The translations under genes and the position numbers were made by a program. Source: an uncultured Dehalococcoidaceae bacterium (GTDB lineage: Bacteria > Chloroflexota > Dehalococcoidia > Dehalococcoidales > RBG-16-60-22). Taken from it: a DNA stretch of 62,974 nt. Under the pieces are notes generated by a model, which saw only the letters and a program-made list of their open reading frames with translations, had not been told where the DNA came from and ran no database searches. Positions 40,096 to 48,676 of the stretch are shown here, one piece after another (position 1 is the stretch's first letter; each line of letters starts with the position of its first letter). The stretch lies in contig CAZTMR010000003.1 in the NCBI GenBank assembly GCA_964615345.1, forward strand, positions 3,322 to 66,295. The letters run 5' to 3'.

Positions 40096-41061
40096 ATGAA
40101 GCGAAACTTTGTGATGGAACCCTTCGGCGAGCCGAAGACGATGTATGACGCCTATAACGAAGCCCTGGTGGCGGAGGCGAAACAAAACAGTGACATTGTG
40201 GTACTTTACGGAGACTTCCCGCGGGGCGCCGTGGGGGAGCTCTTCGAGAAAGAGTTTCCGGACCGGCTGGTGGACGTGGGAATCGCCGAGGCCAATCTGA
40301 TAACCACCGCCGCCGGGATAGCCGGGGCGGGCAAAATAGCCTTCACCCACTGCCACGGCATTTTCGCCGTGGGACGGGCCTACAACCAGATAAGGCAGAA
40401 TGTGGCTTTCGACTGGCTGAACGTTAAGATAGTCATGTGCAACTCCGGCATGCTCTGGGCTTTCATGGGCGGTTCTCACCAGATAATCGAGCAGATAGCC
40501 GCCCTCCGCGCCATACCCAACATCCTCCTTATCTCCCCGGCCGACCAGGTGGAGACCCGGAAAATGGTGCCGGCGATTACCAGATACGAGGGGCCGGTGG
40601 CCGTGCGGCTGGCAAGTCCGGCGGTACCCACCGTTTATACCGAAGAGCTTCCCTTCGAGCTGGGCAAAGCGGTAACCGCGGCGGACGGTGATGACGTTAC
40701 CATCATCGCCACCGGCATCATGCTTTCGGACTCGCTGCAGGCGGTGGATATCCTCTCCGGAGAAGGCGTCAAGGCGCGCCTGCTGGATATGCATACCATC
40801 AAGCCGATTGACGAAGAGGCGGTGCTCAAGGCGGCCAGAGAGACCGGAGCGATTGTTACCGTGGAAGACGGTTCCGTCCTGGGCGGCCTGGGTGGGGCCG
40901 TGGCCGAGATTGTCACCGAAAACAGCCCGGTGCCGGTCAGACGCGTCGGCATCAAGGACCGCTTCGGCCAGTCCGGCACTATCGCCGAACTGAAGAAAGA
41001 GTACCAGCTTACCGCCGAGGACATTGCCCGGGCGGCCAGAGAGGCGATAAAGGGGAAATAG
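40096..41061 (+). CDS. Transketolase, C-terminal (pyrimidine-binding) subunit
   Basis: DVGIAEANLITTAAG...plus a C-terminal domain. ATG 40096 (MKRNFVM) was chosen; the ORF-track 39943 start overlaps the upstream gene. Confidence 0.9.
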   Translation: MKRNFVMEPFGEPKTMYDAYNEALVAEAKQNSDIVVLYGDFPRGAVGELFEKEFPDRLVDVGIAEANLITTAAGIAGAGKIAFTHCHGIFAVGRAYNQIRQNVAFDWLNVKIVMCNSGMLWAFMGGSHQIIEQIAALRAIPNILLISPADQVETRKMVPAITRYEGPVAVRLASPAVPTVYTEELPFELGKAVTAADGDDVTIIATGIMLSDSLQAVDILSGEGVKARLLDMHTIKPIDEEAVLKAARETGAIVTVEDGSVLGGLGGAVAEIVTENSPVPVRRVGIKDRFGQSGTIAELKKEYQLTAEDIARAAREAIKGK

Positions 41062-41303
41062 CCTGCCTCCGGCGCGCGGCCGGGCCGCCGTGACCGGACT
41101 CGTATCCGGGCAAAGCAGGGCCAGTTTTTCCGGGTGGGGTTTTCCGCCGGATTTCTGGCTGGCGGCTTTCTTCCTGCCACAGAGGAGGATATGCAGGGTC
41201 CGCCGGGACCACCCGGCCAGACTCTTCCCCGGTCACTTTCTTATGATAAACTGGCGGTATCCGGACAAACCGGTAACCGCTTGCCGGAGGGGAAGAGACC
41301 CCG

Positions 41304-42119
41304 ATGAGTTACCGTCCAAAGCGCGCCGCTTTTTTATTATTGCTGGTGCCGGCACTGGTTTTCCCGCTTTCCTGTGCGGGCACCCCCGGGGAACCCGTCC
41401 CCGCCGGCGGCAAAGACGCCGTTCCCGTCTACGGCTACCGCGTGGTCAATGCCTACCGGCACGACAGCGCTGCTTTCACTCAGGGACTGGCCTTTGTTGA
41501 TGGCTGGCTGTACGAAGGGACGGGGCTCCACGGTCATTCCACCCTGCGGCGGGTAGAGCTACAAACCGGTGAGGTCCGGCGGCTGGTAAAACTTCCGGGC
41601 CGGTATTTCGGCGAAGGGGTAACCGTATCCGGCGACCGCGTCATCCAGCTCACCTGGCAGGCCGGCACCGGCTTTGTCTACGACCGGGAAAGCTTCGCCA
41701 GGCTCGAAGAGTTTCACTACGAGACGGAAGGCTGGGGCATCACCGGAGACGGAGAAAACCTGATTATGAGTGACGGCTCCGCGGTGCTGCGCTTCCTGAA
41801 CCCGGAAACTTTCCGGGAGACCCGCCGCGTGGAAGTGAGCGGACCGGACGGGCCGGTAAGCCGCCTCAACGAGCTGGAATACGTAAGAGGCGAGATATAC
41901 GCCAACGTCTGGCAGACGGACAGAATCGTCCGGATAGACCCGGGCCGCGGACAGATAACCGGCTGGATAGACCTGGGCGGACTCCTCAGCCGCGACGAGG
42001 CGGCCGGAGCCGACGTTCTGAACGGGATTGCCTACGACAGAAACGGGGAAAGGCTGTTCGTAACCGGAAAGCTCTGGCCCTGGCTTTTTGAGATAGAGCT
42101 GGTGCCATCCGGTAATTGA
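41304..42119 (+). CDS. Glutaminyl-peptide cyclotransferase (beta-propeller type), lipoprotein
   Basis: Lipobox PLSCAG. YRHDSAAFTQGLAFVDGWLYEGTGLHGHSTLRRVELQTG and NELEYVRGEIYANVW motifs. Confidence 0.85.
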   Translation: MSYRPKRAAFLLLLVPALVFPLSCAGTPGEPVPAGGKDAVPVYGYRVVNAYRHDSAAFTQGLAFVDGWLYEGTGLHGHSTLRRVELQTGEVRRLVKLPGRYFGEGVTVSGDRVIQLTWQAGTGFVYDRESFARLEEFHYETEGWGITGDGENLIMSDGSAVLRFLNPETFRETRRVEVSGPDGPVSRLNELEYVRGEIYANVWQTDRIVRIDPGRGQITGWIDLGGLLSRDEAAGADVLNGIAYDRNGERLFVTGKLWPWLFEIELVPSGN

Positions 42120-42251
42120 ATTCGTACCAATATCCGGATGAGACACCCTCTTGACGTATTCGTGTGGTTCGTAGTATGCTACTACTCATTATCCCTTTAT
42201 CCGGCAGAGAATACCAGTGTTTTCAAACACGGAGCAACGAGGTATGGCGAC

Positions 42252-43997
42252 ATGGAGTATCCGGAGATAACCAAACCAGACATAAGCGAGTTTCCGGTCA
42301 GGCCAAACCTGACCACGGAGCTTTCCCCGGGGAGCGATTTCGAGTGGACGGCCATCGAAAAAGAGCTGGGGATAAACTCCCGGGAAGAGGTAAACCTGGC
42401 GCACCTGGCAATCGACCGGCACGCCGCTTCTTCTCGCCGCGATAGAGTAGCCCTGCACTGGGAAGGAAAGAAAGGCGAACGGGAAAGCTACACTTTTGCC
42501 GAACTGGCCGGGCTGACCGGCCGGTTTGCCAACGCTCTCCGGAAGCTGGGGGTGAGAAAGGGCGACCGGGTCTTCACCTTTCTTGACCGCGTCCCGGAGC
42601 ATTACATCGCCATTTTTGGCGCTCTCAAGATGGGGGCCATCATCGGGCCGCTTTTCGCCGATTTCGGTCCGGACCCGGTGCGGGACCGCCTGCAGGACAG
42701 CGGCGCCAGGGTGCTGGTGACCAGCCCCGCGTTGAGGGAGCGCATCGCCGCCCTGCTGCCGGAACTGCCCGAACTGAAACACCTGGTTATCGTCGACCGG
42801 GAAGGGGGCTATACGGCACAGCCGGGTGACGTGCTTTACCGGGAGATGATGGAAGCCGCTTCCCCGGAATTTCCCGGCATCAGCACCGGGGCGGAAGATT
42901 ATTCCGTTATGCACTACACTTCCGGGACCACGGGCAAACCCAAGGGAGCGGTGCATGTCCACTATACCGCCGTCCAGCAGTTTGCCACCGGCAAGTGGGT
43001 GCTGGACTTTCACGATGACGACGTTTACTGGTGCACCGCCGACCCGGGCTGGGTCACCGGCACTTCTTACGGGATGTTCGCTCCCTGGACCAACGGGCTG
43101 TCCCAGGTGGTCTACGAAGGCGGCTTCCGCGCCAGCACTTGGTACTCGATTATCGAGAGGTACCGGGTGACGGTCTGGTACACGGCGCCCACGGCGATAC
43201 GTATGCTGATGAAGGCGGGGGAAAAGGCAGTCCAGCAACATGACATCAGCAGCCTGCGCCATATCTGCAGCGTGGGTGAGCCGCTGAACCCGGAAGCGGT
43301 GATGTGGGGGCTGAAAGCATTCCGGCAGCCGATTCACGATAACTGGTGGCAGACGGAGACCGGCGCCCAGCTCATCGCCAACTACCCGTTCATGGCGGTG
43401 CGCCCCGGTTCCATGGGACGTCCCATACCCGGAATCAGGGCGGCCATCCTAGACGAAAACTACGCCGAACTGCCGCCCGGGAAAGAGGGGCAGCTGGCCA
43501 TCAGGCCGGGGTGGCCTTCCATGTTCCGCATCTACTGGAACAACCCCGAACTGTACCAGTCCCGCTTCCAGAACGGCTGGTACATTACCGGCGACAACGC
43601 CTATACCGACGCCGACGGTTATTTCTGGTTCGTCGGCCGCGCTGACGACGTGATAAACACGGCCGGGCACCTGGTGGGGCCGTTCGAGGTGGAAAGCGCC
43701 CTCATCGAGCACCCGGCGGTGGCCGAGGCCGGGGTCATCGGCAAGCCGGACCCCATCGCCATGGAAGTGGTCAAAGCCTTCGTGGCGCTCAAGGACGGGT
43801 ACGAACCGACCACCGAACTGCGCCGGGAGCTGCTCAAGTTTACCCGCCGCAAGCTGGCTTCAGCGGCAGCGCCCCGGGACATCGAGTTTATCGCTTCCCT
43901 GCCCAAGACCCGCAGCGGCAAGATAATGCGCCGCCTGCTGAAAGCGAAAGAGCTGGGCCTGCCGCCCGGAGATACCTCTACTTTAGAAGAGTTTTAA
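42252..43997 (+). CDS. acsA: Acetyl-CoA synthetase (AMP-forming acyl-CoA ligase)
   Basis: YTSGTTGKPKG, WWQTETG, YITGDNAYTDADGYFWFVGRADDVI, and PKTRSGKIMRR. Start at ATG 42252 (MEYPEI). Confidence 0.9.
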   Translation: MEYPEITKPDISEFPVRPNLTTELSPGSDFEWTAIEKELGINSREEVNLAHLAIDRHAASSRRDRVALHWEGKKGERESYTFAELAGLTGRFANALRKLGVRKGDRVFTFLDRVPEHYIAIFGALKMGAIIGPLFADFGPDPVRDRLQDSGARVLVTSPALRERIAALLPELPELKHLVIVDREGGYTAQPGDVLYREMMEAASPEFPGISTGAEDYSVMHYTSGTTGKPKGAVHVHYTAVQQFATGKWVLDFHDDDVYWCTADPGWVTGTSYGMFAPWTNGLSQVVYEGGFRASTWYSIIERYRVTVWYTAPTAIRMLMKAGEKAVQQHDISSLRHICSVGEPLNPEAVMWGLKAFRQPIHDNWWQTETGAQLIANYPFMAVRPGSMGRPIPGIRAAILDENYAELPPGKEGQLAIRPGWPSMFRIYWNNPELYQSRFQNGWYITGDNAYTDADGYFWFVGRADDVINTAGHLVGPFEVESALIEHPAVAEAGVIGKPDPIAMEVVKAFVALKDGYEPTTELRRELLKFTRRKLASAAAPRDIEFIASLPKTRSGKIMRRLLKAKELGLPPGDTSTLEEF

Positions 43998-44008
43998 GGA
44001 GCCGGCCG

Positions 44009-45391
44009 ATGAACCAGTACCGGATTAACCCGAAACCGAAATACTTTAACTTCAGGGGCGGGATACCGCCCATACCGCTGGAGTCCAGCCCGGCGGAAAT
44101 ACCCGCGGACGGCCCGCTGACACACCCCAAGCGCATCACCGATACCACACTGCGGGACGGCGCCCAGGACCCTTGCTTTGCCATCTTTCCCAACGAGGCC
44201 AAGGTAAGGTACTTTGACCTCCTTCACGAAATGGACAACGGCACGGGCGTAATCGATAACGTGGAAGTGTTCATCTACCAGAAACGAGACCGGTGGGCGC
44301 TGGAAAAGCTCCTGGAGCGGGGCTACGATTTCCCGCGGGTAACCACCTGGACGCGCGCCAGCCCCAAGGATATCCGTAACCTGGTGCAGATTTCCGGGGG
44401 CAAGATTACCGAGACCGGGATGCTCGCTTCCTGTTCCGACCATCACCTCCTCGACCGGCTCGGCTTCCGCAGCAAGGAGGAAGCCGCGGAAAAGTTTCTG
44501 GCGCCCATCCTCACCGCCTGCGAGAACGGCATCACTCCCCGGGTCCACCTGGAGGACGCCACGCGCGCCGACATCGAAGGCTGGGTGCTCCCCTTTATGC
44601 AGCGCGTGATGGCGGAGACTGAAGGCAAAGCGCTTTTCCGGGTCTGCGATACACTGGGCATCGGGTCGCCGGACCCTTACGCCGCCCTGCCCTTTGGCGT
44701 CCCGCGGCTGGTATCCACGCTGCTCAAGGAGTCAGGAGCACGGCTGGAGTTTCACGGGCATAACGATTTCGGCTGTGCGGCAGCAAACAGCATGGCTGCT
44801 TTCCGCTACGGCTGCCAGCGCATAAACGCGGGCTTCGCCGGGCTCGGCGAGCGAACCGGAAACACCGCCCTGGAGCAGGTGCTGGTGAACTACGTCCGCC
44901 AGTACGGCAACCCCGGTCTGAAACTGGAAGCGCTGACGGAGATAGCCGACCTGATAAGAACAGAGGTAGTCCCCATACCGGGAAAACAGCCGATAATCGG
45001 CAGTGACATTTTCAGTACCCAGGCGGGGCTGCACCAGACCGGGATACAGCGCCAGGCACAGGCTTCCGGCGGGCTGATTTATCTTCCTTATGACCCCCGC
45101 ATCGTCGGCCGCCGGGAAGCGGAGTTGAACCGCATCGGCTCCCTGTCCGGAATGGACGGCATTATCTCCCTCCTCAACCAGCACCGGCAGGATTCCGGCA
45201 GCCAGGAGCCACCGTTCACCGGCGTCAGCCGGACGGTAAAACACGTTTACGACCGTGTCCACGAGGCCTACGACGGGTGCTATGACGAGGCCACGGGCCG
45301 GTACGCCGGCTACCGGACCACCTTTTTCGAGGCCGAGGACCTGGCCAGAATCGCCGAGCAGTTCCAGAGCGAGAAAACGGAACCGGCCTGA
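44009..45391 (+). CDS. Homocitrate/isopropylmalate-synthase-family (HMGL-like) enzyme; Re-citrate synthase candidate
   Basis: ITDTTLRDGAQ, and FHGHNDFGCAAANSMAA metal-binding motif. It has no LeuA regulatory C-terminal domain. Lies 11 nt downstream of acs. Confidence 0.75.
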   Translation: MNQYRINPKPKYFNFRGGIPPIPLESSPAEIPADGPLTHPKRITDTTLRDGAQDPCFAIFPNEAKVRYFDLLHEMDNGTGVIDNVEVFIYQKRDRWALEKLLERGYDFPRVTTWTRASPKDIRNLVQISGGKITETGMLASCSDHHLLDRLGFRSKEEAAEKFLAPILTACENGITPRVHLEDATRADIEGWVLPFMQRVMAETEGKALFRVCDTLGIGSPDPYAALPFGVPRLVSTLLKESGARLEFHGHNDFGCAAANSMAAFRYGCQRINAGFAGLGERTGNTALEQVLVNYVRQYGNPGLKLEALTEIADLIRTEVVPIPGKQPIIGSDIFSTQAGLHQTGIQRQAQASGGLIYLPYDPRIVGRREAELNRIGSLSGMDGIISLLNQHRQDSGSQEPPFTGVSRTVKHVYDRVHEAYDGCYDEATGRYAGYRTTFFEAEDLARIAEQFQSEKTEPA

Positions 45392-45470
45392 CCCGAACAC
45401 CCGCCGGCAAGCGTTGCCTGAGATAAATGTCACATACGTCTCAATCGCCGTCGCCTATAATTCAAGGTGT

Positions 45471-46943
45471 ATGAAAGCGGTTTTTCGGGGCAGATTTCAG
45501 GCAATTGTATTGATTGCGCTGCTGGTGGCCGGTCCTGGACTGGCCGCCTGTTCTCCGCCCGGCGAAACGGGTGGGGAGAGGGAAATCGGGAAGGAAGAAG
45601 CCGGGAAGCTTATGGAGCAGCTTTCCGGCTTGAACGAGGAGGCGGCGCAGGCGGCGGTTGAACGCGTCATTGAGACCGGAGACAGCCGCTTCACCAGCGT
45701 TTTCATTGAGCTGGTCGGCGGTCGCCAGGTGGACATTATTGAAATGTCCCAGGAGCGCTTCGAGAGCTATGTCAGCGCGCTAAAAACGCTCACCGGGGAA
45801 GACTTTGGCTACCACTGGGCGGACTGGGTGGAATGGTACGGCCAGACGGACCTCGAACCGCCGCCGGGCTATACCGGCTGGAAAGGGAACTTTCTTTCCC
45901 GAATCGACCCCCGTTTTGCCGATTTTTTGAATGAAGACGCCGAAACGGCGGTACGGGTGGAGGAAATCATGTGGGGCGGGGTCAGGGTGGACGGCATCCC
46001 GGCGCTGGACAATCCGAAAATGGTAGCGCCGGAAGAGGCCGGTTACCTGCTGCCGGAGGAGCCGGTTTTCGGCGTGGTGGTTAACGGGGACGCCCGCGCC
46101 TACCCGCTGCGCATTATGGACTGGCACGAAATGGCCAATGACGTTATCGGCGGGGTCCCGGTTTCCCTGGCTTACTGCACGCTGTGCGGTGCCGCCATCG
46201 CCTATGACGGCCGGGCCCCGGACGGGGAGACCTACACCTTCGGCTCTTCCGGCCTGCTCCTGCGCAGCAACAAGCTGATGTACGACCGCCAGACGAATAC
46301 TCTGTGGAACCACCTCACCGGGGAGCCGGTAATGGGGGAACTGGCCGGGGAGGACATCAGTCTCCGCCTGCTCCCGGTAGTGCTCACCGCCTGGCAGGAC
46401 TGGCAGGAGCAACACCCGGAGACAGTGGTGCTGGATTTAGACACCGGGTACAGCCGGAACTACTGGCCGGCGGCCGCTTACGGTCACTACTTCGTCAGCG
46501 AGGATACGATGTTCCCCGTCTGGCAGCGGAGCAGTCTGCTGGATGATAAGGCACAGATATACGCGCTGAGAATAGACGGTATCCCCAAGGCCTATCCGGT
46601 AGACATCCTGGCGAGAGAAGAAGTGGTCAATGACACCGTGGGCGAGACGCCGGTGGTGATAGTGGCGGGGCGGGGCACGGTGGATGTCACCGGAATCAGC
46701 CGGTTCGGGCCGGTGACATATACCGCGGGCGGCGAGGTCCGCGCCTACGAGCGCGGCGAGCAGACCTTCCATCCCGGTCCTGAAGCGGATACGGTGCTGG
46801 ACACCGCCGACCGGCCCTGGCAGGTTACCGAAGACGCCCTCATCAGTCCGGACGGTGAAACGGCGCCCCGCGTCAACGGTCACATCGCTTACTGGTTCGG
46901 CTGGTACGCTTTTTTCCCCAAAACCCTGGTCTACGGACAGTGA
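45471..46943 (+). CDS. DUF3179-family secreted/lipoprotein
   Basis: Signal LVAGPGLAAC. DGIPALDNPKMV...DARAYPLRIMDWHEMANDVIGGVPVSLAYCTLCG is the DUF3179 pattern. ATG 45471 is preferred over 45255, which overlaps the upstream gene. Confidence 0.8.
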   Translation: MKAVFRGRFQAIVLIALLVAGPGLAACSPPGETGGEREIGKEEAGKLMEQLSGLNEEAAQAAVERVIETGDSRFTSVFIELVGGRQVDIIEMSQERFESYVSALKTLTGEDFGYHWADWVEWYGQTDLEPPPGYTGWKGNFLSRIDPRFADFLNEDAETAVRVEEIMWGGVRVDGIPALDNPKMVAPEEAGYLLPEEPVFGVVVNGDARAYPLRIMDWHEMANDVIGGVPVSLAYCTLCGAAIAYDGRAPDGETYTFGSSGLLLRSNKLMYDRQTNTLWNHLTGEPVMGELAGEDISLRLLPVVLTAWQDWQEQHPETVVLDLDTGYSRNYWPAAAYGHYFVSEDTMFPVWQRSSLLDDKAQIYALRIDGIPKAYPVDILAREEVVNDTVGETPVVIVAGRGTVDVTGISRFGPVTYTAGGEVRAYERGEQTFHPGPEADTVLDTADRPWQVTEDALISPDGETAPRVNGHIAYWFGWYAFFPKTLVYGQ

Positions 46944-46955
46944 GGCCGCGGCAGC

Positions 46956-47180
46956 TCAAGGCTTAACGGTAAACCCCTGCTTTTCCAGCTCCGCAATCAC
47001 TTCCGCCAGGTCCTTACCCTGCCTTTCACAGCCCCGGGGAAGGGTGGTTGCCCGGCCCAGAGTGTTCCTGACCACGGGATTGGCCACGCCGAAAAATCCC
47101 ATCTCTTTCAGGATACCAATGAGCTCCGGGTAGTCTTCAGTCAGCGCATAGACGCTTTTCTTCAGGTCAATCTCTTTCAT
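46956..47180 (-). CDS. DUF1858-domain protein (ScdA N-terminal-like)
   Basis: MKEIDLKKSVYALTEDYPELIGILKEMGFFGVANPVVRNTLGRATTL. Start ATG 47180 overlaps the upstream gene end by 14 nt. Confidence 0.75.
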   Translation of the reverse strand: MKEIDLKKSVYALTEDYPELIGILKEMGFFGVANPVVRNTLGRATTLPRGCERQGKDLAEVIAELEKQGFTVKP

Positions 47181-48390
47181 CGAGGAGTCTCTTTTCGCCC
47201 TCGAGCTTTCTGATTCCGGTGACGTCCTGGGCAACCTCCAGCGTCCCCAGATAGCGCCCCTCTCTGTCCCTGACGGCAAAGAACTGGATATAGAGGAACT
47301 TCTCTTTTACGGTGAGCCAGAACTCGTAGCGGTCTTTTTTTCCTTCTTTCAAGGAGGTGATTATCTGTTTCACCGCGTCCACGCTCTGCGGCGGGTGGCA
47401 GTTCTCCACGTTACGGCCGATTACCGACCGCGTCCGGCGGAACACCCGGTCTTTACTGTCCGAGAAGAACTTCACCCGGTCTTCATTATCGACATAGGTC
47501 AGGTCTACCGGAAGCGTATTTATCAGGTACATCAACTCCGTGACCGGGACCGTTCCGGTGGTGAACGCCACCGAGTTATCCTGAATAACGGGTTCCTCAA
47601 GCAGCACCCCTTTAAGCTCTTTCACCAGCGCGCCGGTCTCCTCCGGCTTTTCAATGTAGACATAGCCTATCTCGTCGCTCTCCTGCAGGATGTCCACCCA
47701 ATCGCTGGCGCCCAGTTTCTCCATCGCGGTGGGGAAAAGGATGTTTTCCTCTTTGAAAATCATCCCCAGGACTTCCTCCAGTAATGGCTCCAGAGTCTGC
47801 TGGCTGTAATCGGCAAACTCCGCCGGTTTCTCCAGAGCGTCAATACCCCGGACGGCTTTCTTCAGCATATCCCTCACTTCATTGTCTTTACCCCACATCA
47901 CCTTGGAAGGGCCGAAGAAGCCCTGTTTCTCCAGGAAGGGGAAAAGGAGCTGCTCCTTGCGCTCGTAGTGAGTCTCTATGCCGCGCAGGTCAAGCAGCAT
48001 GTCTTTCAGCTTCTTTTTGAAAGCCGGGAAGTCCCCCTTCTCCCGTTTCCCCGCCAGGTCCCGAATGGCGGCAACCAGTTTTTCTATCTCCCGGTTCTCC
48101 TGGCGGAAAAGATGAACCGGGTGGGAGGGAAACGTCTCCCCGGAAGCGGCCTTTTCCAGCGCCGATTGAAAGATGAGGGCATGAACGTTGCAAAACTTCT
48201 TTATCTCCTCCGGAGAGAGCCCTTCATTAATCAGCGTCTGCTCGATATCGGCTATCTCCGCGGAAGTAATATTGCCGATCTCTTTTTCAAACCGCTGCCG
48301 GGCTTCTTCCGCGGATAGACCTTCGTGCAGTTTCAGGATGATGTCCTTCATCACCTCTTTTTTGGTCATCTCACTGGAGCTCCTGCTCAT
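47167..48390 (-). CDS. DUF438-family protein (hemerythrin-like + PAS)
   Basis: LKLHEGLSAEEARQRFEKEIGNITSAEIADIEQTLINEGLSPEEIKKFCNVHALIF N-terminus is typical of DUF438. Hemerythrin-like middle region and C-terminal PAS-like region. Confidence 0.8.
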   Translation of the reverse strand: MSRSSSEMTKKEVMKDIILKLHEGLSAEEARQRFEKEIGNITSAEIADIEQTLINEGLSPEEIKKFCNVHALIFQSALEKAASGETFPSHPVHLFRQENREIEKLVAAIRDLAGKREKGDFPAFKKKLKDMLLDLRGIETHYERKEQLLFPFLEKQGFFGPSKVMWGKDNEVRDMLKKAVRGIDALEKPAEFADYSQQTLEPLLEEVLGMIFKEENILFPTAMEKLGASDWVDILQESDEIGYVYIEKPEETGALVKELKGVLLEEPVIQDNSVAFTTGTVPVTELMYLINTLPVDLTYVDNEDRVKFFSDSKDRVFRRTRSVIGRNVENCHPPQSVDAVKQIITSLKEGKKDRYEFWLTVKEKFLYIQFFAVRDREGRYLGTLEVAQDVTGIRKLEGEKRLLDERD

Positions 48391-48676
48391 CTTCCTGCCT
48401 CCTTAGTTTGATGGGTACCGGGCCCGTTGCACAGCGCGCCACTATTATGTTAGGCTACCGTTCTCCGGGTGTCAATCAGTTTCCGGAAACAGCCTTCCCG
48501 GTGAAAACGGAAAGATGAACCGGGCCGGCTTTTCACGGGTGAAATTATCTTTCAGTCCTATTATAATTAAGTATGGCAGCTTCATATATGACCTGCGTCA
48601 GGGAGTATCCCCTTTTTCTTAATGAGCGGGGAGGGGTATTTGCAGAGCCCGCCATGCACGGAGGCGGGGAGGTATC

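Noticed and set aside
42189-43337. 382-aa minus-strand ORF antisense to acetyl-CoA synthetase. Similar antisense ORFs occur at 39862-40794, 60970-62199, 61799-62701, 17453-18607 and 9048-10040.
   Set aside because: Each lies opposite a gene with strong family motifs, and their translations are compositionally biased. They are treated as GC-driven artefacts.
45255-45470. N-terminal extension of the DUF3179 ORF overlapping the preceding synthase gene.
   Set aside because: It overlaps a well-supported CDS. A proper signal peptide/lipobox begins at ATG 45471.
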